Positions 9,467 to 20,613 of a DNA stretch of 64,000 bases are shown here, piece after piece. The translations under genes and the position numbers were made by a program. Source of the DNA: Nitrospirota bacterium (GTDB lineage Bacteria; Nitrospirota; Thermodesulfovibrionia; Thermodesulfovibrionales; UBA9159); NCBI GenBank assembly GCA_963699545.1, contig CAVOUE010000003.1, positions 448,001 through 512,000 of the forward strand, read 5' to 3'. The notes beneath the pieces were generated by a model that worked only from the letters and a program-made list of their open reading frames with translations, ran no database searches and was not told where the DNA came from. Numbering within the stretch: position 1 is the first letter of the stretch; each line of letters starts with the position of its first letter.

Positions 9467-9502
9467 GGTTGTCATTTAGGTTGTCATTTCGGTTGTCGTT
9501 TC
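9467..9502. repeat. 3 x 12-bp direct repeat GGTTGTCRTTTM just after fic
   Basis: GGTTGTCATTTA GGTTGTCATTTC GGTTGTCGTTTC. Confidence 0.85.
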
Positions 9503-9542
9503 TTCGCGGTGGAAGCTTTGCTTATAGGTTGATTATCAGCAA

Positions 9543-9570
9543 TAAGAAGGCGGGGTTTCGCCCCCGCCTG
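9543..9570 (-). terminator. Terminator between convergent fic and ccsA
   Basis: AGGCGGGG-TTTCG-CCCCCGCCT; T-rich on the minus-strand 3' side. Confidence 0.6.
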
Positions 9571-9615
9571 TCATTATCCAAAATTTTCCCGGAACTTCGC
9601 CGAAATTACTCCACC

Positions 9616-10704
9616 CTACTCCATGCTTCCGTAGCTGTGCAAACCCGAAAGGAGCAGGTTGACTCCCAGATAGGTAAAGATAACCATCACAAAGCCCACG
9701 ACGGCGACCACCGCTGCCTTCTTCCCCCTCCATCCTCTGAGCAGCCGCGAATGGAGATAGAAGGCGTAGGCAAACCATGAGATCAGGGACCATGTCTCTT
9801 TGGGGTCCCAACTCCAGTAGACTCCCCATGCCTGGTCAGCCCATATGGCGCCGAAAATGAGACCGCCCAGAGTGAAGATGGGGAACCCGATGGCAATGCT
9901 CTTATAGGTGATATCATCAAGAATCTCCGGAGAAAGGGAAAAGGCACCGACGACCTTCTTCAGAAGATGTCCGTATCTCCAGAACATGAAGACGAAGACG
10001 ACGGCGGCAACCCAGCTCAGGACCGAAACCAGGGGCGAGTGGCTGAAGAAAGAGGCCTTGAACAGGAAGCTCTTTATCAGGACATCGGGATTCTTGATAA
10101 GTACCTTAAAAGAGAGATAATCCAGGCCCATGGCCACGAGAAGCACAATGAATGCCGCTGTGGCGACCGTCCAGAAGATGTAGGACGGCTCGTTTCTCTT
10201 CTCTGTCTTCAGGATGAGATACATGAGGCCTGTGCTGAAGGCAAGGGCGAAAGTGGAATAGGCGATAAAACTCATAAGCACGTGGACCAGAAGCCAGTTG
10301 CTCTGAAGCGCCGGGACAAGGGGGTGAATGCCCTTGTCCATGCCCGTGAGATCGATAAAGGCCAGGGCAAGAGCCGCAATAGGCGTCACAAATGCCCCGA
10401 AGGACCGGTTCCTGTACTTAAATTCGATGATCAGATATCCCAGAATGAGGCACCAGACAAAGAAGACGAGGGATTCATAGAGGTTGGTAAAGGGCGCAGC
10501 CCTCAGCCATCCCATCTGACCGACGTTCTTGAACTCTATCCATCGTGCTCCTATCGCAAAGGTCTGCGAGATGAAACCGATGACCGTCACTGTTGTGGCC
10601 GTGATCCCGATCTGGGGTGTTTTGAACGCAAGATACGTTATGTAAATTATCATGGCAACGACATATGCCACGGTCGAGATTCCGAATAATGTTGAACTAT
10701 CCAT
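9616..10704 (-). CDS. ccsA: System II cytochrome c biogenesis protein (CcsA/ResC type)
   Basis: WWD motif WADQAWGVYWSWDPKETW, LVPALQSNWLLVHV, terminal GLHSY. Confidence 0.96.
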   Translation of the reverse strand: MDSSTLFGISTVAYVVAMIIYITYLAFKTPQIGITATTVTVIGFISQTFAIGARWIEFKNVGQMGWLRAAPFTNLYESLVFFVWCLILGYLIIEFKYRNRSFGAFVTPIAALALAFIDLTGMDKGIHPLVPALQSNWLLVHVLMSFIAYSTFALAFSTGLMYLILKTEKRNEPSYIFWTVATAAFIVLLVAMGLDYLSFKVLIKNPDVLIKSFLFKASFFSHSPLVSVLSWVAAVVFVFMFWRYGHLLKKVVGAFSLSPEILDDITYKSIAIGFPIFTLGGLIFGAIWADQAWGVYWSWDPKETWSLISWFAYAFYLHSRLLRGWRGKKAAVVAVVGFVMVIFTYLGVNLLLSGLHSYGSME

Positions 10705-10707
10705 AAA

Positions 10708-12279
10708 TCATTTCCCCCCTTCCTTGTCCTTGTTCAAGAGAGCCGTCATCTTTTCGATTTTTTGCTCGAATGCACGCCTGTTCTTGTTCGCCGAAGCCCC
10801 AAGAACGACGCGGGTGTTGTTCTTTTCCTCTATAAGTCTGATCCATATCTTCCTGTGGCTCATAAAGAAGGCAATGAACAGGCCGGTGGCCATGGCGAGG
10901 CAGCCCAGATAGACAATCCCAACCCCAGGGTCCTTTCTCACCTGCAGGCCCGTATACTGGATTCCCCAGACCCCCTGGAACTCAAGCACATTTCCATCGG
11001 GAAGTTTCCATGTTTCCGGGTACCGTTTCAGAAGCCATCCGCCGAATTTCTGCTTGCCGTTCTCTGAAAAGTTCACAAATACGGCAGGGTTGTTCATCTG
11101 CTCTGCATAGGTGAATGCCCTCCCTGTGCGTTCATCGAACCCGAGCGCCGGCGAAAAGTCCTCGATCTTCGCTGAGAGGTTTGTCCCGGGGAAGGCGAAA
11201 GAGCCGCCGAACCGCACATTCACATCCTCTCTCTTGCCATCCTTAGAGATCAATGTGAATCTGAAGATGCCGTTCTGCGCCCCTCCGGGGAGAATGCCGT
11301 AACTTGACTGATAAAAGGTCACCCCCTCATAACTCAGCGGCTCGTTCACTTCAATCACTTTTTTCAGAACCTCTTTCCCGTCCTTTACCACAGTGAGCCA
11401 GCTCTTGTATGCCTTCGGCATATCGGAACGGCTGTAGAAATCCACAAGGAACTCGTCACATCGTATATTGAAACCAAGAGGGAAAATACCGTAGGTGCGC
11501 ATCTTTGCCGTTAACGTGTTTTCGTCCATCCCGGAATGCTTTGCTGCGATGGACAGATTTCCCGAAGATTCTTCCACAGCGTGCAGGATCCTTGCGAACT
11601 CCTCTGTCTGTTGCCTGTGGCCTGTGCGGGCAAAAGCAATTGCATAGGCCTTACCCTCGGGCAGATTAAGAAAACCTTTGAACCCAAAAAAAATACCTAT
11701 TACGGCACCCATGAGAATGACCAGTATGCTGAAGTGGGTAATATACACCCCGAGGCGGGTGTAATTGCCCTTTTGAGAATAGAGCTGATAGCCATGCGCT
11801 TCCTTTGACTCATGCAGCGAGAACCCCATGGCCTTCCTTACTACGCCAGAGATCACTTCCTTTGTTTTTTCCGGCTTTCCGTGAAGGACGAACTCCTTCC
11901 TTATCCCGAACCCTTTGAAGTGTTCTTCAGAAAGGGGCTTCACCGGTTCCTTCACCAGTTTCACTATCCTCGGCAACCGGTCTATGGAGCAGATGATGAG
12001 GTTCGCCGCAAAGAGCAGCAGTATGGCGACGAACCACCAGGAATGGTACATATCCATAAATCCGAGGCTGTCAAAAATCCCGAAGAGGGACGGTGCGGCA
12101 GACTGCCCGAAGAGTTTGGCAAGCAACTTGATATTCCTCGCAGGGTCTGCATTCTGCTCAATGACCGTGCCGATAATGGAAGTGATGGACAGAGCGGCGA
12201 AAATGACTATGGCAAGTTTTATGGAAGCAAGGAAATTCCATATCCTGTCGACAAGAGTCGTGTTCTTTTCTTTTTCCAC
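10708..12279 (-). CDS. resB: Cytochrome c biogenesis protein ResB/CcsB with inserted Fis-like HTH
   Basis: SIKLA..IIGTVIEQ, DMYHSWWF, ICSIDR, GVYITH, VNEPL, YQSSY, YTGLQVRKDPG; GTG start after AGGAG. Confidence 0.95.
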   Translation of the reverse strand: MEKEKNTTLVDRIWNFLASIKLAIVIFAALSITSIIGTVIEQNADPARNIKLLAKLFGQSAAPSLFGIFDSLGFMDMYHSWWFVAILLLFAANLIICSIDRLPRIVKLVKEPVKPLSEEHFKGFGIRKEFVLHGKPEKTKEVISGVVRKAMGFSLHESKEAHGYQLYSQKGNYTRLGVYITHFSILVILMGAVIGIFFGFKGFLNLPEGKAYAIAFARTGHRQQTEEFARILHAVEESSGNLSIAAKHSGMDENTLTAKMRTYGIFPLGFNIRCDEFLVDFYSRSDMPKAYKSWLTVVKDGKEVLKKVIEVNEPLSYEGVTFYQSSYGILPGGAQNGIFRFTLISKDGKREDVNVRFGGSFAFPGTNLSAKIEDFSPALGFDERTGRAFTYAEQMNNPAVFVNFSENGKQKFGGWLLKRYPETWKLPDGNVLEFQGVWGIQYTGLQVRKDPGVGIVYLGCLAMATGLFIAFFMSHRKIWIRLIEEKNNTRVVLGASANKNRRAFEQKIEKMTALLNKDKEGGK

Positions 12280-12346
12280 TGCAGTCTCCTTAACGGTTAA
12301 TCGTGCTATTCTAATATATTTCTTAAAAAAAAGGAGCGGGTACGGT

Positions 12347-12760
12347 CTATCTGAGAATCTTTGGCCTGTCCCTTCTCGCATTCACGATGCAGAAGAAACC
12401 GAACGGTTCCTCAAAGGGATTGCTCAACTGGTGCGGGGTGTCCGGCGCGATATAGAGCGTATCCAGAAAGTCCAGCAGATTCATCTTCCTGCCCGTGCGT
12501 ACCTTTCCTTTCCCGCGGACACAGATCACGACATGCTCATGTCTGTGTTCTTCGAAGCTGCTATGCCCTCCCGGCGATATCTCGAAATACCTGAAGTGGA
12601 ATCTGGCCGATTCCCCTCGGTTTCCCACGATCACCCGTCTGACGATGTCAGCCCAATCCCCGCCTTTCGGCTTATAAAGCTCAGTTCTTATGCCCTGCCA
12701 GGTAAAGTTGCCTTTATGTTTGTAAAGTTTGCTCTTGCTCGCGGCCTCTTTCTTTGGCAC
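12347..12760 (-). CDS. Cupin domain protein
   Basis: RYFEISPGGHSSFEEHRHEH...G.G, PDTPHQ. Confidence 0.9.
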   Translation of the reverse strand: MPKKEAASKSKLYKHKGNFTWQGIRTELYKPKGGDWADIVRRVIVGNRGESARFHFRYFEISPGGHSSFEEHRHEHVVICVRGKGKVRTGRKMNLLDFLDTLYIAPDTPHQLSNPFEEPFGFFCIVNARRDRPKILR

Positions 12761-12842
12761 AGTAAATCCCCCGTAGAATGCAGAGTAACTCCTATTTTAC
12801 ACCAAAGCAGACATAATCGGGGCTGGGTTGAGAGGCATCTAA

Positions 12843-13934
12843 CTAGAACACAATAACACTCTTTAGTGAATCCCCTGCCCGGGCAGTAAGAGCGAAGGCC
12901 TCCGCAGTTTTGTCAAGGGGAAATCTGTGGGTGACTAACTTTTCGGCTGCAATGGCTCCCGTCTTTATCAATCTCAGCGCTTCAGAGGTATCTGCGGGCC
13001 CACACGAGTAACTGGTCACTAACGTTATATCCCGGAAATACAGGACGTTGGGATCAATGCAGAGCTTCTCTCCGGGTTTTGCCGGAGTAAAGAGAACAAG
13101 TTTCCCGCCCCTTGATACCACCCCCATTCCCTGGTGCATGGCTTCCGCGCTGTTCGGACCCACAACCACAATGTCTGCCATAAATCCCCCGGTCAGAACC
13201 CTGACTCTCTCGAAAAGGTCCTCCCGTCCAACATCAATGACATGATCTGCGCCGAACTCCAGGGCTTTGTTCAGCCGGAACTGAACCATGTCCGCGCCGA
13301 TGACCTCGCGTGCGCCGAACTCCCTGGCAAGGAGCACATGCATTTGTCCCATGACACCGAGACCGATGACCAGCACGGTATCCCCCTTTCTTACTGACGC
13401 CCTTCTGAGAGACTTCACCACACACGCGGCAGGTTCGACAAGTGTGCCGTCCTCATAACGTATCCCTTCATCCAGGAGTAACGTATCGTTTCTCAAATTC
13501 ATCTCAGGGACACGTATGTACTCCGAGATGCCGCCGGGGATTATCCTCGAATTTCGCCACGTCTCGCACTGGACGTAATCGCCTTTGTCACAGTATCTGC
13601 ACCCCATGCACGGAGCATGATGGTGCACAAAAACCCGGTCACCGACCTTGAAGCCAGGAGTTCCGAGTTCCGAGTTGTGAGACAGGTCATTCTTATCTTC
13701 TCTCCGAACTCCCGGCGCCGAACCCTGAACTTCTCTTCCCAGCTCAACGATCTCTCCCACGGGTTCATGACCGGGGACGAGGGGTGCTTTCTTTTCTATG
13801 TACCACGGCATCACATCACCGGAGCATATGCCGCAGGCCTTTGTCTTTACCAGCGCCTCCCTCGGGCCTATCTCGGGAACAGGAATATCTTCGATGCGGA
13901 TATCGTTAAAATGGTAGAGTTTTGCGACTTTCAT
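12843..13934 (-). CDS. Zinc-dependent alcohol/polyol dehydrogenase (MDR)
   Basis: CGICSGD, GHE, CMGCRYC..GDYVQC, GLGVMG. Confidence 0.93.
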   Translation of the reverse strand: MKVAKLYHFNDIRIEDIPVPEIGPREALVKTKACGICSGDVMPWYIEKKAPLVPGHEPVGEIVELGREVQGSAPGVRREDKNDLSHNSELGTPGFKVGDRVFVHHHAPCMGCRYCDKGDYVQCETWRNSRIIPGGISEYIRVPEMNLRNDTLLLDEGIRYEDGTLVEPAACVVKSLRRASVRKGDTVLVIGLGVMGQMHVLLAREFGAREVIGADMVQFRLNKALEFGADHVIDVGREDLFERVRVLTGGFMADIVVVGPNSAEAMHQGMGVVSRGGKLVLFTPAKPGEKLCIDPNVLYFRDITLVTSYSCGPADTSEALRLIKTGAIAAEKLVTHRFPLDKTAEAFALTARAGDSLKSVIVF

Positions 13935-13946
13935 GGTTTCCGAGTC

Positions 13947-14960
13947 TCAGGGAATAATCGCATATTTCACCCCCTCACCTTTTGACAATTTCTTGAAGGC
14001 GGTCTCAATGTCCCTGAGAGGATAGCAACGGGTTATCAAAGGAGAGACGTCAAGGGTTCCCTTGAGGAGGCTGTAGGCCTTTTTTACGTCCTGTGGGGTA
14101 AAATGAAAGACCCCTTTCAGAGTTATCTCATCATAGTGGAGCCTGTAGGTATCATACTTCACCGTTGTCCCGCTCCTGCACCCTCCGAAGAGGACCACGG
14201 TGCCTCCCCTCCTTACATATCTTACGGAATCCTCCCACACGCTCACCTGCCCTGTGCATTCAAAGAGGAAATCCACCCCCATACCGCCGGTGAACTCGCT
14301 GAGGGTATTCATCAACTCTTCCGGGGCCACTGCCCTGTCAGCGCCCAGTGTCTTTGCCAGTGCCAGCCGTTTCCGCTCCAATCCCGTGATGATCACTTCA
14401 GCTCCCTTCAGTTTTGCCAGGAGAAGATGCAAGAGTCCTATGGGACCCGCGCCGATGATGAGCACTTTGTCGCCTTTCCTGGCAGCCAGGTCGGTCATGC
14501 TATGGACCACACAGGAAAGGGGCTCAAGGAACGCTGCCTCTTCATACGGCAGGCTGTCCGGTTTGTGAAAGAGGTTCTGTTTTACAATGTGCGCGGGCAG
14601 GAGGATATATTCCGCAAAGGCTCCGAGAACCTTTGAATTCATTATGTCTTCACAGAGGTTGAAGACCCCTTTTCGGCAATAGCGGCATTTGAGACAGGGA
14701 GCGCTGTGTACCGACATCACAGCGTCTCCCTCTTTGAACCCTTTGATCCCTTTCCCCGCTTCAGCAATGACTCCGGAGAATTCGTGGCCGAACACGCCGG
14801 GCATCGGGATCATGGGATGTCCCCTCAGGTATGCCTTGAGATCTGTGCCACAGGTGAGGGCAGCGCTGATCTTCACGAGCACTTCGCCCCTGGAGGGCCG
14901 GGGAGCCGCAGTCTCCTGTATCTCTATTTTCTGCGGACCAAGGAGAATTCCTGCGAGCAC
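13947..14960 (-). CDS. Zinc-dependent alcohol/polyol dehydrogenase (MDR)
   Basis: TCGTD, GHEFSG, CLKCRYC...NLC, GAGPIG. Confidence 0.93.
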   Translation of the reverse strand: MLAGILLGPQKIEIQETAAPRPSRGEVLVKISAALTCGTDLKAYLRGHPMIPMPGVFGHEFSGVIAEAGKGIKGFKEGDAVMSVHSAPCLKCRYCRKGVFNLCEDIMNSKVLGAFAEYILLPAHIVKQNLFHKPDSLPYEEAAFLEPLSCVVHSMTDLAARKGDKVLIIGAGPIGLLHLLLAKLKGAEVIITGLERKRLALAKTLGADRAVAPEELMNTLSEFTGGMGVDFLFECTGQVSVWEDSVRYVRRGGTVVLFGGCRSGTTVKYDTYRLHYDEITLKGVFHFTPQDVKKAYSLLKGTLDVSPLITRCYPLRDIETAFKKLSKGEGVKYAIIP

Positions 14961-14963
14961 CGA

Positions 14964-15212
14964 CTACAGCTCCATCCTTCCTCCCCACAGCTGTCCGATG
15001 ACCGCTGCGAGAACAAACAGGGGAATATATCGAAAATCGAGCTGTGAGAGCACCCTCGCAAGGAATATAAAGGGTATGGGGAGGTGAATATAGAGAAACC
15101 ATTTGAGGGAAAAGCGCCTTGCCTTTCTCCTGAAATAACCGAAGGGAAGATTAATCAGAACGGTCAGTGAAAAAAGGACTACTACAAGGACAGTTTTTGA
15201 GCCGAAATCCAT
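14964..15212 (-). CDS. Small hypothetical membrane protein
   Basis: Hydrophobic segments, NLPFGY.R...FSLKWFLYIHLPIP; tightly linked to the dehydrogenase genes. Confidence 0.8.
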   Translation of the reverse strand: MDFGSKTVLVVVLFSLTVLINLPFGYFRRKARRFSLKWFLYIHLPIPFIFLARVLSQLDFRYIPLFVLAAVIGQLWGGRMEL

Positions 15213-15321
15213 AATAGAAGTTACCTTATGGGTAAGGGATATGTCAAACACCGGGATGTTGAATTTGTCTTTTTTTTTCGGTTATTATGATATAGTCTAG
15301 AATGATGAAGGAGGTAATCAG

Positions 15322-16162
15322 ATGAATAACATAAAAACGATGGTACTGCTCGTTACGTTGACCCTTATTCTCGTCTGGGCGGGCGCTGCCATCGGCGGAA
15401 AACAGGGCATGACCATGGCGCTCATCTTTGCCTTTGGGATGAACTTCTTTGCATACTGGTTCAGCGACAAGATCGTTCTCAGAATGTACCGTGCACAGGA
15501 AGTCACTGAGGCTGAGGCGCCGGAACTCTACGGCATTGTGAGGATGCTGAGCCAGAAGGCGGAGATACCCATGCCCAAGGTCTATATCATTGATGAGGAC
15601 CAGCCCAATGCCTTCGCGACCGGAAGAAACCCGAAGCATGCGGCGGTTGCCGTAACAACGGGCATTATGCGAATTCTCAGCCGCGAAGAACTTTCAGGGG
15701 TGATCGGCCATGAACTTGCCCATATAACTCACAGGGATATCCTCATCAGCACTATCGCTGCCACCATTGCAGGCGCTATCAGTTATCTTGCCCAGATGGC
15801 CCAATGGGCAATGATCTTCGGCCACAGGGGAGATGACGATGAAGGAGGAAGTCCTGTTGCGGCCGTGGTGATGATGATCGTCGGTCCGATAGCGGCCATG
15901 ATCGTCCAGATGGCTATCTCACGGTCGAGGGAATACGTTGCTGATGAAGGCGGCGCAAGAATGGCCGGAAATCCGCGATATCTCTCGCAAAGCTCTTCGC
16001 AAATTGGGCCTTGCATCACAGAAGATACCCATGGATGCCAACCCTGCGACGTCCCATATGTTCATTGTCAACCCGTTATCAGGCGGTGGAATACTGAAAC
16101 TCTTCAGCACCCATCCTCCGATCGAGGAGAGGATAGCACGGCTTGAGGCCATGAGCCGTTAG
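15322..16162 (+). CDS. htpX: Zinc metalloprotease HtpX (frameshift near 15985)
   Basis: [37 protein letters not shown]. Confidence 0.96.
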
Positions 16163-16206
16163 AGCTTGACTCTTGGCATAATGATTGTTCAAAATATCGG
16201 CGTCCT

Positions 16207-17164
16207 ATGAAGGCCCTGGTGACAGGAGCTACAGGCTTTATCGGAAGCCACCTCGTTGAGGAACTTGTCAAGAAGGGGTATGAGGTCACCTGTCTCGCGA
16301 GAAAGACCTCCAACCTTAAATGGATCGAAGGTCTTGATGTGAACATCCTTTACGGGGACTGCACAGACAAGGATTCCCTCAAGCAGATTCCTCCTGACCT
16401 CGATTATGTCTTTCATCTCGCCGGGCTGACAAAGGCGCACAGGGATGAAGATTTTTTCTGCGTCAATGCGAAGGGCACAGAGAATCTGCTGAAGGCCGTA
16501 GCGGCAAGGAGCCCCGGATAAAGCGATTTGTTTATATGAGCAGTCTTGCTGCGGCAGGCCCCAGCAGGAACGGTTCACCCCTCAATGAGACCTCCGAGCC
16601 GAGGCCTGTTTCCAGTTACGGGAGAAGCAAACTGGAAGGCGAAGGTGTTATACTGGAGCACAGAGATGCTCCCGGTGACTATCATCAGGCCTCCTGCGGT
16701 GTACGGCCCGAGGGACAGGGATTTCTTTGTCCTGTTCAAAATGGTAAGAAAGGGCTTTTATCCTTATTGGGGAAAATGTTATTATTCACTCTTGTATGTG
16801 GATGACCTTGTTCAGGGGGTTGATAATGGCTGCAGAGGCGCACGAGGCAGAAGGCAAGATATATTTCTTGTCGGATGGCAGGATTTATTCCAACGAGGAC
16901 ATTGTGAATGAGATATGCGAATGTCCTGGATGCAAAGATCAGTGAGGTTGCGGATACCCAGGCCGCTTCCTGAATCTTCTTGCGAAGATCAGTGAGAAGA
17001 CTGGGCGAGGGGGCATCATCATTAACAGGGACAAGCTCAAGGAACTTAAACATCTGCCATTGGACATGTAATTCAAAAAAGGCGGAAAATGAACTCGGAT
17101 TTATTCCAAAGGTGAGAATAAAGGAAGGAATAAAATGGACAGCAGATTGGTACAGGATTCACCA

Positions 17165-17174
<10 letters not shown>
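16207..17174 (+). CDS. NAD-dependent epimerase/dehydratase (extended SDR), several frameshifts; candidate keto-sphingolipid reductase
   Basis: [33 protein letters not shown] across ORF pieces; stop overlaps next gene. Confidence 0.85.
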
Positions 17175-18370
<1,196 letters not shown>

Positions 18371-18375
18371 GCTCA

Positions 18376-19482
18376 TTGGAAGTCACTGAAGTTGCCTCAG
18401 AGAAAGACCTCGATGATATTCATAGATTTCCCCTATTCCCTCTACGCCAGAGACCCCCTCTACGCTCCACCCCTGAAAAGGGAGATGAAGGAGCAGTTCT
18501 CCAGGAAGAATCCATTCTTTGCACATGCGGAGGCAAGGTATTTTCTTGCCCGGAGAGGGAAGAAGACGGTCGGGAGGGTCGCCTCGATCATTAATCGGAG
18601 GCATATGGAGTTCCACAACGAGAACGCAGGCTTTTTCGGGTTCTTTGAATCCATTAATGACCATGAGGTCTGTTCACTGCTCCTCAATGCGGCACGCGAT
18701 ATACTGAGAAACAGGGGATGACATTCATGAGGGGACCGATGAACTTTTCGACAAATGAGGAGTGCGGGTTTCTCATCGAAGGGTTTGAATAGCCCCCTAT
18801 GCTCATGACCCCTTATAACCCGCCCTATTATGGCAATCTGATGGAAGGCTGCGGAATGCGGAAGGCAAAGGACCTCTATGCGTTTATCCATGAGGTGAGA
18901 GAGACCCTTCCGGAAAAAGTTCTGAGGGTGGCGACGATCGCAGAAAAACGCGGTATTTCGGTCAGGCCAGTGGACAAAAAGAAATTTGACCGGAGAGATG
19001 CTGGTATTTCAAGGAGGTCTATAATTCTGCGTGGGAGAAGAACTGGGGCTTTATCCCGCTGACGGATGAAGAACTCCTCTATCTCGGGGAACGGCTGAAA
19101 CAGATCGCAGTGCCTGAGCTGACGCTGATCGCTGAGGACAACGGGGAGCCGGTGGGGTTCCTGGGCCTCTTGCCGGATTTCAATCATGTCCTGCAGACAC
19201 ATGAACGGCAAGCTCAATCCCCTCGCCATTGTGAAGGCCCTCTATTATTCAAGGAAGATCACAGACCTCAGGCTCCTGCTCCTCGGGATCAAGCCGGAAT
19301 ACCGGAACCGAGGGGTAGACGCCCTGCTCTACAGAGAGGGCTTCAGGGGAATCAAGAAAGGAAAGTATAAACGGCTGGAGTTTTCATGGATACTCGAAGA
19401 TAACATCCCGGTACAGAGGATCGTGGAGATGGTGGGGGGGAGATTGTACAAGAAGTACAGGATTTACGAGAAGGAGATATAG
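18376..19482 (+). CDS. Double-GNAT N-acyltransferase, bacterial ceramide synthase (bCerS)-like (frameshifts, one in-frame TAG)
   Basis: PYSLYARDP..APPL, KNPFF, GFFGFFE, RGPMNFSTNEECG, TPYNPPYY, LPDFN, EFSWILEDN. Confidence 0.75.
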
Positions 19483-19524
19483 AGTCGCATTGTTGTTCGT
19501 CTTTGCAGCCTGCGCCCGACGTGA

Positions 19525-20451
19525 CTATAAGGACGCTCGAAACTTCAGATAATCTTCCGCACTCTGTTGTGGCTGTTCCAGCATCGGTAGATGGCCGACG
19601 TCTGGCATTATGATGGCCTGCGAGCGGGGCATGAGTTTGTGAAGAATTTGGGCAGCCGCAAAGCTCAGTACACGGTCCTTATCGCCCCAGACAATCAAAG
19701 TCGGGATAGGCAGACCAGTGACGCGTGTTTCCACGGAGTCAGATTCGATCTGTTTGAAGATTCGCTCCTCCAGGGCATAATTCCTGATGCGCTCCTGCGC
19801 CATTACCTTTATAATGGGCCGTGGGATGAAGGGCGGCTTGTACATCGCGAATTTAATGACTTGTGCGAACTCGTCTACACTTTTGGCCATCAGCTGATTG
19901 CGCCCCGTCTCTGCAATAGTCTTCAAGAGTTCACTCTTAGGCGCACTCCAGATCCCGGCCGGATCGAGCAACCAGAGACTCGCCACCTCGGCAGGGTAAC
20001 GGGTCGCATAGGTCATCGCGATCTGGCCACCCATCGAACTGCCCCCGAGATGCAGACGCTCGATACCTAGGGCACGCGCAAAAGCACGCAACCGTTCCAC
20101 CTGAGCGGGCGGCGCGTAGTCCGCCTCTTGCGGATGAGAGGATTCGCCGAAGCCGATGTGGTCGGGTACGATTACACGATAGTGAGGCGTTAGAAAACGC
20201 GCTACCTTCGTGAAGTGGTCTTTATTGGCGCCGAAGCCGTGCAGAAGCATCAGCGGCTCGCCCTTGCCGCCTTCCAGATACACGTAGTGCAGCCCGCCCG
20301 GCAGATCGATCTCCTTGCGGAGGAGGCCGGAGCGATGGCGATATGCGTTGAAGATAAAACTTGTGACTTTCTCAGGTGCCCAGTAAACAAAGCCAATCAC
20401 TCCAGTCACAATAACAGCTATTGCAACCAGCTCGAAATTTGCGAGATGCAT
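19525..20451 (-). CDS. Alpha/beta hydrolase (lipase-like) with N-terminal anchor
   Basis: LLHGFG, GSSMGG nucleophile elbow, WGDKD, GHLPMLE. Confidence 0.93.
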   Translation of the reverse strand: MHLANFELVAIAVIVTGVIGFVYWAPEKVTSFIFNAYRHRSGLLRKEIDLPGGLHYVYLEGGKGEPLMLLHGFGANKDHFTKVARFLTPHYRVIVPDHIGFGESSHPQEADYAPPAQVERLRAFARALGIERLHLGGSSMGGQIAMTYATRYPAEVASLWLLDPAGIWSAPKSELLKTIAETGRNQLMAKSVDEFAQVIKFAMYKPPFIPRPIIKVMAQERIRNYALEERIFKQIESDSVETRVTGLPIPTLIVWGDKDRVLSFAAAQILHKLMPRSQAIIMPDVGHLPMLEQPQQSAEDYLKFRASL

Positions 20452-20467
20452 AGTATCTCCTCTAAAC

Positions 20468-20525
20468 CTGTAACGTCAAAATTAATGCGTAGCTATCAGC
20501 CATCGCCTTTAATGTTTTGTTGTAC
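20468..20525 (-). mobile_element. Degenerate integron attC-like site
   Basis: Minus strand GTACAAC-AAAAC-ATTAAAG-GCGATGGCTGATAGCTACG-CATTAAT-TTTGAC-GTTACAG: R''/L''/stem/L'/R' layout with 5- and 6-nt spacers. Confidence 0.65.
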
Positions 20526-20613
20526 GCTGTCTTACTTTTTTGATTCGTTTTTCAAAATGTCAATACTTATTTAAACCAGCCCGACCTCTCTTATCCGGCG
20601 TGCCACTCCGTCA

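Noticed and set aside
9467-9502. CRISPR array
   Set aside because: Short contiguous repeats without spacers; no repeat-spacer array or cas gene seen anywhere in the window.
18790-18792. In-frame TAG in the bCerS-like gene as possible pyrrolysine or readthrough
   Set aside because: The gene has several other indels and no pyl genes are in the window; a sequencing error is more likely.
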